The notes under the pieces were generated by a model that did no database searches, had not been told where the DNA came from, and worked only from the letters and a program-made list of their open reading frames with translations. From a virus (lineage: Duplodnaviria > Caudoviricetes), in the IMG/VR virus record IMGVR_UViG_2731957577_000001, positions 64,001 to 128,000 of that record: 64,000 nucleotides of DNA; one strand, 5' to 3'. Made by a program: the position numbers and the translations under genes. Positions 56,916-64,000 of the stretch are shown one piece after another (position 1 is the stretch's first letter; the number at the start of each line of letters is the position of its first letter).

Positions 56916-57302
56916 TTATGCCCACTGCGTAGCTAGAATTTCAATCTCGCCGTTCTCGTTGACCGTGATGTCTTCCTCCCGTACGTTCCAACGGTTCTGT
57001 TCGCAAATGTCCAAGACTCGATACTTGTCATGAAGCTGAGCGACCGTGCCGGTGAACGCCTTCTCACCCCACGGCATCCGGAACCAGTCGGCAATCAGTT
57101 CATACTCCCCGGATTCTTTCTTGTTGAACCCAATGGGAAGCAGTTTTCCGTTACGAACAACGGCCAGTTCTACACGCCGACGGTCGCCATACCCGGTATC
57201 GATGACCTGATCCTTTCTGAGTCCCAGACCCATCTCTTCCAGCGCTTTGGTCAGATACGCCTCATTGTTCACCGGACAGGCATAGGTCGCAAAATGACTC
57301 AT
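56916..57302 (-). CDS. DUF1257 (Ycf35-like) protein
   Basis: 'MSHF......L..AL..MG', 'IGF.....YEL.AD', 'G.I......W'. Confidence 0.85.
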   Translation of the reverse strand: MSHFATYACPVNNEAYLTKALEEMGLGLRKDQVIDTGYGDRRRVELAVVRNGKLLPIGFNKKESGEYELIADWFRMPWGEKAFTGTVAQLHDKYRVLDICEQNRWNVREEDITVNENGEIEILATQWA

Positions 57303-57375
57303 AGAAAACCCCTCTTTTCATGTATGGATTTTGCCCCACGAGATCGAAAAGAACTGCTGGGTTTATTGTAGGGCA

Positions 57376-57762
57376 TTACAATCGGCCTGTAAAGTACGTT
57401 TTTGCAATGTTTCTGAGTAATTCCACGCGTTTTTTCTGGATTTCAACGACTTGGTTATAGACACTCTCGGGCATCTGATCGAGTTCCTCTTGGGTATAGT
57501 TCTTCTCGATCAAGGTCCGGAGACTCTTGAGACTGTGCTGCATGAACTCTTCAAAGTGCGGCGCCAAGATGAGGCGATACACATGAAGATGTCCCACGCG
57601 TTTCTTGAAGTCCTCCAGCAGTTGCTCAAACTCAGCCACCTCATCCATCGCGAAGTCGATGGCTCGCTGGAACTTTTGCTTCTTGTCCAGATCCTCCTCG
57701 AGTTGAAGGTTCTTGGACACAAAGGCATAGGCTTTTTGTCGCTCGACCTCTTTGTCGTACAT
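57376..57762 (-). CDS. Hypothetical helical protein
   Basis: AGGAGG RBS. Confidence 0.6.
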   Translation of the reverse strand: MYDKEVERQKAYAFVSKNLQLEEDLDKKQKFQRAIDFAMDEVAEFEQLLEDFKKRVGHLHVYRLILAPHFEEFMQHSLKSLRTLIEKNYTQEELDQMPESVYNQVVEIQKKRVELLRNIAKTYFTGRL

Positions 57763-57772
57763 GAGTTACCTC

Positions 57773-59395
57773 CTAGTCTGCGATGTCCAAATCTCCCAGG
57801 TCGATCACGCGCAGCCGCGGCTTGCTCCCTCCCTTGTACTCTCCATGAAGGAGTCGATGTTCATGACTGGAAGCGCACTTGGCGCTCGTCTTGGCCCATT
57901 CACGAAGATCCGACAAGAGCTGCGGATTGCGCTTGGCCAGCGGAACGGTCTTCTGGATTTGTTCGCGGATGTCCTCTATGAGGATGTGGTGAGATGGGCG
58001 TTCTCCCTTTCGGAAAGACGCATAGGCCCTTCGGCCGGCTTCGGAGACTACCGATTCAATTTCAGCACCGGAGAAGTCCTCCATTTCCTTCGCCAGCTTG
58101 TCGATGGTTTCCTCATCGAATACACCCGGCTCCGCCGTATCACCGACCTGATAACCTCGCTTGATCAAATGAATCTTGAGGATCTCCTTGCGTTCATCCA
58201 GATGTGGCAAGGATACAAAGAAGACCTCATCAAATCGGCCGGCACGGGTGAGTTCCGGCGGCAGCTTTGTGACGTCATTCGCAGTGGCGATGACAAAGAC
58301 GGGCGCCGTCTTTTCCGAGAGCCAAGTCAAGATGGACTGAACCACGCGGGAAAGTGTACCGGAGTCGGAACGATCCGAGCTTCCCATACCGGCCAATCCC
58401 TTTTCCATCTCGTCAATCCAAAGCACACATGGGCTGACATCCTCCGCCAGCTTCAAGGCACGGTCAATGTTCTTTTCAGACTGACCGACGCGAGAATCCA
58501 TGATGGAACCCATGTTCATCTTCAAGAGAGGCAAGTTCCACATGTGTGCGACGGAACGAGCGGCCAGCGATTTACCGGTACCCGGAAAGCCGACCATGAT
58601 GCAGCCACGAACCGGATCCACGTTGTAGTTGCGGGCTTCGGGATCAAACGAATAGTACGCGTCCCGGAACCAATCCTTGACGATGTCCATCCCACCCACT
58701 TGATCCATATCGCCGAGCTTGGTGATGTATTCAAGCAAACCCGTCTTGCGGATGACCTGTTCCTTTTCGGCCACGATCTCCGAGAGGACAATCCGCTTAT
58801 TCTTCGCAACGGACTTCTTCAAGACATTCGTGATCTCCATCTCGGTCATCCCGACCAAGGAGTGAATCAGCGCTTCCCGTTCACGCCCTTCTGGTACCGG
58901 AAGCTCGCGCATCCGGAGATAATTCTCCATCGCTTCCAGTTGCTCAATCACTTGCTCTCGGGTCGGCAACTCGTATTTGACTACCGTCACCAGTTTCTCC
59001 AACTCCATTGGGATGTTATAGGAGTTGGGAGCGGTCACGATGATGGGCTTGTACACTTTATCGGGCAACTCCAGAACGTCTCGAAACTTGCGTTTGACCT
59101 GTGGATTGCTCCACAGATCATGAAAGTCCTTGAGGATATAAACGGCTTGCTCGGTAGAATTTTGAATCCGGTCCAGGATCAGAACGGGGTCAAACATCTT
59201 TTCGGCTTGCTCCCCGGTAATCAGATCCACAAGGCCTGCGGTTATCGTCCAGTAGTACCCTTGATAGGACTTGAGTTCGATGAGCGACTTCATATCCTGC
59301 TGAAACCGATCTTCCTCATAAGTCGTCACCAGGATCATGCGGCGCCGGCTGTTCATCAGCATACTGATTTCCTGCATCCCTGTCAGTTGACTCAT
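57773..59395 (-). CDS. Ycf46-like AAA+ ATPase
   Basis: 'T.EE.R', 'LKDFH', 'EK.Q.I.K.G.LEY', 'GG...K.W', 'GFPGTGKS', 'WIDEMEK', 'TAN', 'LPPEL.R.GRFDE.FFV.LP'. Confidence 0.88.
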   Translation of the reverse strand: MSQLTGMQEISMLMNSRRRMILVTTYEEDRFQQDMKSLIELKSYQGYYWTITAGLVDLITGEQAEKMFDPVLILDRIQNSTEQAVYILKDFHDLWSNPQVKRKFRDVLELPDKVYKPIIVTAPNSYNIPMELEKLVTVVKYELPTREQVIEQLEAMENYLRMRELPVPEGREREALIHSLVGMTEMEITNVLKKSVAKNKRIVLSEIVAEKEQVIRKTGLLEYITKLGDMDQVGGMDIVKDWFRDAYYSFDPEARNYNVDPVRGCIMVGFPGTGKSLAARSVAHMWNLPLLKMNMGSIMDSRVGQSEKNIDRALKLAEDVSPCVLWIDEMEKGLAGMGSSDRSDSGTLSRVVQSILTWLSEKTAPVFVIATANDVTKLPPELTRAGRFDEVFFVSLPHLDERKEILKIHLIKRGYQVGDTAEPGVFDEETIDKLAKEMEDFSGAEIESVVSEAGRRAYASFRKGERPSHHILIEDIREQIQKTVPLAKRNPQLLSDLREWAKTSAKCASSHEHRLLHGEYKGGSKPRLRVIDLGDLDIAD

Positions 59396-59682
59396 CCGTT
59401 TCTACGCCCCCAGTCGTACGTAATGTTGGTCGCGCCAATGGCTGCAAGTTTGTCGCGGATTTCCCGGACAAACGGCTCCCAAGAACCACAACCCGGCCAG
59501 CGGCTTAATGGCGGCATGGCATACCACACGCCTTTATACTGAAAGACAAACTTCGCACCCGTTACATAAGCGCCTACGTCGCCATACGCATTGGCTTTTC
59601 GGGCCCACTCACTCTGGATGGCCTTCAGTTCAACCGGCACATCGGCGTGTGGACCCATGTAGATCGCGTTGACAGTTGGCAT
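59392..59682 (-). CDS. Hypothetical protein
   Basis: GGAGG RBS; ATGA overlap. Confidence 0.55.
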   Translation of the reverse strand: MPTVNAIYMGPHADVPVELKAIQSEWARKANAYGDVGAYVTGAKFVFQYKGVWYAMPPLSRWPGCGSWEPFVREIRDKLAAIGATNITYDWGRRNG

Positions 59683-59703
59683 CGTACCCCTCCATGAAGC
59701 CAG

Positions 59704-60606
59704 TCACAGATCCAAATCGATGTCGGCAAACTTGCTGACCAGCGCCGCCTTCTTGGCTTGCTCGGCACTCTCCTTGAGGATATCCTGGCGGCTCGCTGTA
59801 AACCGAGTGAGATATTCACTGTACATGAAATCATTTTTCGACACGGAGAGCAATTCGGACTTAATGTTGTCCGCCTGAACCGCAACCGAATAGCGGTCAT
59901 GATTCTCGTCCCACGGTTCCGGCTTGATGGTGAACTGTTCCATCCGTAAATGGGTCAATCCCAAATCCGATGTGCTTGTCTTCGCATTCTCCATTAACTC
60001 CATGCGATAAATCATCATGTCCTCCAACGAGTAGAACACAAATTCAAAGCGTTGTGGCTTCAACAGGTCGGAGACCGAACGAACCGTGAGGTTGATGTCG
60101 AGTATATCCAGATAAGTGTTCGATTTCACCACCCAGTCTATGTGGTACTCAAGACCCTCAAAGGTACCGACATTCTGGTTGGCCTTCATGTCCGTAATGA
60201 TGCCGATTCCCTTTGTTCTCCGATACGTCACCCCGACTCGAGCCGGGTACCGGCCCTGTTGCCAGCAGTTCGACACATAGGTGTCCAGAAGAGTATCGAC
60301 CGCTTGACGGTACTCCGACGTGGATTCCAGGCGCTCATTCTTACCCTCATAGTGAAGGCGCGCCATAATCTGTTCGAACTCTTCCAGTTCAAACGTATGG
60401 TCAAGCACGTCATCCTGGACCTTCGCGCGGAGAACCACAGTCTGCTCATCATACTTCTCGGGATCCGTGAGAAGCTGCATCGGAATCGAGAGATACTCAA
60501 TGGGATTTAAGATCACCAGTGACTCATTCTCCAGCTTGATCTTCGGTAACAACGACAGGTCAACATAGTCCATCTCGCCTGGATTCGTCGGGTTCGGGAT
60601 GGGCAT
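59704..60606 (-). CDS. Hypothetical acidic protein
   Basis: AAGGAGG RBS before MPIPNP; ends 'FADIDLDL'. Confidence 0.65.
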   Translation of the reverse strand: MPIPNPTNPGEMDYVDLSLLPKIKLENESLVILNPIEYLSIPMQLLTDPEKYDEQTVVLRAKVQDDVLDHTFELEEFEQIMARLHYEGKNERLESTSEYRQAVDTLLDTYVSNCWQQGRYPARVGVTYRRTKGIGIITDMKANQNVGTFEGLEYHIDWVVKSNTYLDILDINLTVRSVSDLLKPQRFEFVFYSLEDMMIYRMELMENAKTSTSDLGLTHLRMEQFTIKPEPWDENHDRYSVAVQADNIKSELLSVSKNDFMYSEYLTRFTASRQDILKESAEQAKKAALVSKFADIDLDL

Positions 60607-60644
60607 CTCACTCAAGCCTCCTTGTGTCAAAGTCAAGATGAGCG

Positions 60645-60881
60645 TCATTCGTTGATCGTTGCGAGCATTTCCTTGAGCCGATGGATGTACGCCTCAAGGG
60701 CATCGATGCACTCAAGCGGAATGGTGATCCCAGTGCCCTGGTATCCGCCTCGGGGACCAATCTTCTCGATTTCGAGCCAAAGACCTTCCCCCTCATCAAA
60801 CTGCATGACGAAACGCTCCGAGTTTGCGGCACCGGGTGAACCTTTGAGCTGGACGCATTCCCGATACGACAGAAAAGACAT
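60645..60881 (-). CDS. Hypothetical protein
   Basis: GGAGG RBS. Confidence 0.5.
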   Translation of the reverse strand: MSFLSYRECVQLKGSPGAANSERFVMQFDEGEGLWLEIEKIGPRGGYQGTGITIPLECIDALEAYIHRLKEMLATINE

Positions 60882-61723
60882 TATGCACCTCCAAAGATCT
60901 TCATGTACTCGTCTCGTTCCACAAAGCGCTGTTCACAATCCTCATCACAAAAGTGCATAGAGTCATCCAGAAGCGCATGGCCACAACAACGGCACGTCTT
61001 TTGGCAGGCCATCCTGCGGTTGTATTCATCGGCATAGAGCATCTCAAAGTGCTGACCGCTTGGGTCACGACGCAGGCTCTCGGCCGCATAGATGACTCGC
61101 TGATTGGCGGAGCCAATGAACATGCCTTCATCCATCGTCGGGGACACCGGAAGGCGCTTGTCATGTTGATAGTCCCCATCCACCAGCATGTCTACGTACT
61201 TGAGCAGTTCAAGAATCTCATCAGGTGTGGCGATTTGATACCGCGATCTGTCCTCTGTCCAACTGCTGCTGTACACCTGGAGTGCTTCATGAACCTCTGG
61301 TCCGTCACACGCGCGAGGAACGAAGACAATGCCATTGCGCAAGAGATTCTCCAGCACATACGCGGTATAGATGACGATATGAAACTTCGGATCAAGTTCC
61401 TTCAGCCGCCTGCAGACCTTGATGAGATTGCGCGTCTGAAGCAGGGGCTCTCCACCGCAGAACGTCACCTGACGATTCCATGCATCCCGAACGATGAAGT
61501 CCACTACTTCATCCACCGTCATTTCGCGTCTCGGGCCGCCAAACTCCCACGTGGTCGGGTTAAAGCAGCCTTGGCACGGATTGACGATGCCCCGGATGCA
61601 GCCTTTCAGGAAAAGCTCCAGACGCTTGCCTGGGCCCGCGGTCCTTGCATCTTTGGTGATGCCAATGAACCACAATCGATCACGGTCTGTCATGCACATC
61701 ACCACTAGGCATTCTTTTTCCAC
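60881..61723 (-). CDS. Radical SAM protein, NrdG (RNR-activase)-like
   Basis: 'GPG.R..LF.KGC......CQGCFN', 'GGEP', 'YT.Y', 'D.LVDG.Y', 'GS.NQR'; CxxxCxxC spacing is expanded. Confidence 0.8.
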   Translation of the reverse strand: MEKECLVVMCMTDRDRLWFIGITKDARTAGPGKRLELFLKGCIRGIVNPCQGCFNPTTWEFGGPRREMTVDEVVDFIVRDAWNRQVTFCGGEPLLQTRNLIKVCRRLKELDPKFHIVIYTAYVLENLLRNGIVFVPRACDGPEVHEALQVYSSSWTEDRSRYQIATPDEILELLKYVDMLVDGDYQHDKRLPVSPTMDEGMFIGSANQRVIYAAESLRRDPSGQHFEMLYADEYNRRMACQKTCRCCGHALLDDSMHFCDEDCEQRFVERDEYMKIFGGA

Positions 61724-62298
61724 TCCAACAGGTCGGTTCTGTAATCAACACTGTTGCACAAGATCAAGCACACCATACGCAACTGATCCTGAAGGTGCCT
61801 CACATCATTTGTCGCGTCTATGATTTCCGCCTGGATCAGATCCCTCTTGTGCCTGAGCATATCAAGCTGGCGTTCGAGGATAACAATCTGTTCATCAAGC
61901 GTCGACATTTGGGTCTTCAGACGGTCCACGGTTATCTTGGACTTGGCTTCGGCGCGTTCCAACTGGGCGTTGAGCTTGTCTACCTCGCGCAACAGTCCCT
62001 TGATGGTCTGCCGATTCACCGGCTCTGGAAAACCAAGGTCGCATTTGAACACGGTAATAAAACACGTGTTGTCAACATCCGTCACGATGATGATGTTGTC
62101 GCGGATGTAGTAATTACGTGTCATGTTGTCGCCAATCTGCCCGCGCCAAAGGAAGCGTGCATGCTCAAACAATTGATGAACATGTCTGTTGATTTGTTCC
62201 TCGTGCGCGATTATGTAATGCTGGCGCTCAGGAACTGTGGTGATGCCTACAATCCGCTCGACATAGCGTTGCTTAAAGTGCTTGGTCAGGTTCACAAC
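61705..62298 (-). CDS. Hypothetical protein (RelE-like 'T.HF.QRY.ER' N-terminus plus coiled coil)
   Basis: GGAGGTG RBS; start approximate. Confidence 0.55.
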   Translation of the reverse strand, partial: VVNLTKHFKQRYVERIVGITTVPERQHYIIAHEEQINRHVHQLFEHARFLWRGQIGDNMTRNYYIRDNIIIVTDVDNTCFITVFKCDLGFPEPVNRQTIKGLLREVDKLNAQLERAEAKSKITVDRLKTQMSTLDEQIVILERQLDMLRHKRDLIQAEIIDATNDVRHLQDQLRMVCLILCNSVDYRTDLLEWKKNA

Positions 62299-62329
62299 TT
62301 CACCTCCCGCTCGAATTCTACTCAGAGCA

Positions 62330-62377
62330 TGTAATGCGTTACAACAAGTATAGTACAGAAAGGTACAGAAACACAAC
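62330..62377 (-). promoter_or_regulatory. Promoter plus palindromic operator
   Basis: Minus strand TTGTGT-18bp-TATACT, then operator TGTAATGCGTTACA (62330-62343, + strand). Confidence 0.7.
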
Positions 62378-62449
62378 GAAAACCGGGCTTACACGAAAGA
62401 AATTTTCGTTAAGCCCGGTTATTCTTCAGCAGATCGATCTCACACGGTA

Positions 62450-62674
62450 TCAAGATGAAGCCAATCTGTATGTTTTGAGCCATGCAGGATCAACTTGCCA
62501 ATACTTCGCCGCCTGCATAACAGCTTCATCCTCGGTGCCCTGGAAGACGCCAATGACTAAATCCGTTGGGTCAATGTCCTGGAATTCCGGATACCCGGTT
62601 TCGTCGTAGTTCCCGGTTTGGATCTCGAGAGACCCCGCGTATTCCGAATCCAGCACCACCAGATAGTCAGACAT
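62450..62674 (-). CDS. Hypothetical protein
   Basis: GGGAGG RBS. Confidence 0.55.
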   Translation of the reverse strand: MSDYLVVLDSEYAGSLEIQTGNYDETGYPEFQDIDPTDLVIGVFQGTEDEAVMQAAKYWQVDPAWLKTYRLASS

Positions 62675-62876
62675 TCGCTTTGCCTCCCTTCAAGGCCAAC
62701 CAGGGGCTTCTCCTTCGACGCGTCTTCCGGGCCATCGTTCCACAGAGGACAAAGAACAGGAACTTGACCAACAGCCACATCAGCTGCAACAACATCAGGA
62801 CACACTCAATCAGCAAGTCCCAAAGAGTCCGGCGCACCACAGGATGGCGTAGAATCGAGCGCAGAATTTTGGTCAT
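62667..62876 (-). CDS. Small membrane protein
   Basis: AAGGAGG RBS; one TM segment. Confidence 0.5.
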   Translation of the reverse strand: MTKILRSILRHPVVRRTLWDLLIECVLMLLQLMWLLVKFLFFVLCGTMARKTRRRRSPWLALKGGKANV

Positions 62877-62887
62877 GAGAGACCTCC

Positions 62888-63445
62888 TTAGACGTTCATC
62901 CGAATCGAAATCGTCTTATCCGTCTCTTGATACTCCACACAGTCGGGCAGATGCTCTTTGAGTGCAGGATTCTCCTCGATCTTCTGCAGGAGATAGTTCT
63001 TTGCCTTTGTGGCATCGAGCTGCGGTTCTTTCAGGAACTGATCCCGTACCCCATTGGCGGCCAGAAACCCTTCAAAGGCCACGGGATCTTTGATGACCAG
63101 GTTGTGATTGACCTTGCGCGGGGAGATCGTCGCCACATCCAGTTTGAGGGCCTTACCGCCGTTGACGTTCATGATGTAATGCTTGACAAGACCATCAATG
63201 TCCTCGATCTGTTCCACCACGCGTTGAATCTTCTTGTCCCACTCCTGCTTGACCGCATCCCGCAAGGCTTTGAGACGGTCGACTTCTTCCCGCAGAATCT
63301 TGCGTTTGATAATGAGCTTTCGAACCATCAGCTCATCGAGCATGAAGGTCTGGCCACCGTTTTCCTCATAGGCTTCCAGCATCTCTTCAATGCCCGCCAG
63401 ATCCTCTTCCAAAATCGCTTCTTCGAACGTTGCTGCAACCGCCAT
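62888..63445 (-). CDS. Gam/Gp157-like host-nuclease inhibitor
   Basis: Long coiled coil followed by 'K.LKL...TI..RK', 'KEP.LD..K.K'. Confidence 0.6.
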   Translation of the reverse strand: MAVAATFEEAILEEDLAGIEEMLEAYEENGGQTFMLDELMVRKLIIKRKILREEVDRLKALRDAVKQEWDKKIQRVVEQIEDIDGLVKHYIMNVNGGKALKLDVATISPRKVNHNLVIKDPVAFEGFLAANGVRDQFLKEPQLDATKAKNYLLQKIEENPALKEHLPDCVEYQETDKTISIRMNV

Positions 63446-63461
63446 GACAAGATCCCTCCTG

Positions 63462-63890
63462 TTAATCGAGTTTGTAGCCCTCGATCGGTTCCTTGCAGTT
63501 CGGGCACACATAGGTCTCGTCGTCAGAGTTTACCTCATCGAGCGGAACGGCCTTTCTCTCAAGGACCTTCTCACTGATGTGGTACCAGGCGGAAACCGTG
63601 GAAACCTCTTCGCAGTATGGACAGGTGCGAACCACGTCCACGACACGGACCCCGAAGCCGCCCTCTCCCACCAACTCAAGGCTTGTCGGCATCCAACGGG
63701 GACCTCTTGCAACTGCATAGGGCTCATCCCAGTCAACGATCACAAGACCATCCTCGATGGAGGACACAGTACCTGTAGCCTTGTGATCGGGATCCAAAGA
63801 CCGTCGTTTTACGCGGTCGCCAGGGGTAAAATCAAACTCCACCAATTCGTTGTCGATCACGACTTTGTGGATAACACGTCCCACACCCAT
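63462..63890 (-). CDS. SH3-like plus Zn-ribbon protein
   Basis: 'F.PGDRV', 'V.WD', 'CPYC', 'CPNC'. Confidence 0.55.
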   Translation of the reverse strand: MGVGRVIHKVVIDNELVEFDFTPGDRVKRRSLDPDHKATGTVSSIEDGLVIVDWDEPYAVARGPRWMPTSLELVGEGGFGVRVVDVVRTCPYCEEVSTVSAWYHISEKVLERKAVPLDEVNSDDETYVCPNCKEPIEGYKLD

Positions 63891-64000
63891 ACCTCCTGAA
63901 AATCCGGCGATAGCCGTGGATTATGCGACCGCGTTCGTCGAGGGGCTCTTTTGAATCAGCTCGTCGACGTAATGCAACAACACATCCAGAGAAGCTGTAT

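Noticed and set aside
57752-59542. Long antisense ORFs (e.g. 596 aa here, 436 aa at 6808-8118, 412 aa at 41980-43218)
   Set aside because: Shadows of well-supported genes on the opposite strand, with no motifs
63866-63874. DnaA box TGTGGATAA
   Set aside because: Single copy inside a coding region

Overview
This 64-kb window looks like the replication, nucleotide-metabolism and accessory part of a large Bacillales-type phage or phage-plasmid. The host group is inferred from SigA-type promoters, a DinR/LexA box, a B. subtilis-like dif site and a RemA homologue. No capsid, terminase or integrase gene is recognisable. A + strand block (1-24.7 kb) encodes an AEP-type primase C-terminus, ferritin, DnaB, class II RNR, a subtilisin, RusA, a sigma factor, Cas4-like nucleases, RemA, DnaE, MazG, a phosphoesterase and Tmk. 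It converges on a - strand block (32.3-64 kb) encoding Prp, an RsfA-like protein, DnaN, a methylase-like/SF2 helicase pair, ERF, DnaG, PcrA, a tandem ThyX, Ycf46-AAA/DUF1257/DUF2997, a radical SAM protein and a Gam-like protein. Between them lies a mixed 24.7-32.3 kb island. The most notable signals are missed by the ORF track. (1) Two divergent loci with matching architecture each encode a related ~30-aa peptide on a self-locked mRNA with a convergent antisense promoter, a candidate new type I toxin-antitoxin family. (2) Eight otherwise unrelated proteins share an N-terminal tag M-E-L-[IL]-x-x-Y-[LIVM]. (3) A 257-nt group I intron splits a helicase Walker A motif. (4) A ~65-nt divergent sRNA is complementary to a putative antiterminator in the leader of an HTH Rep-like gene, which is followed by a 21-bp periodic array. 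(5) There is a dif-like Xer site. (6) A TGTAATGCATTACA operator recurs at seven promoters. All family assignments come from motif recognition by eye, not database searches.
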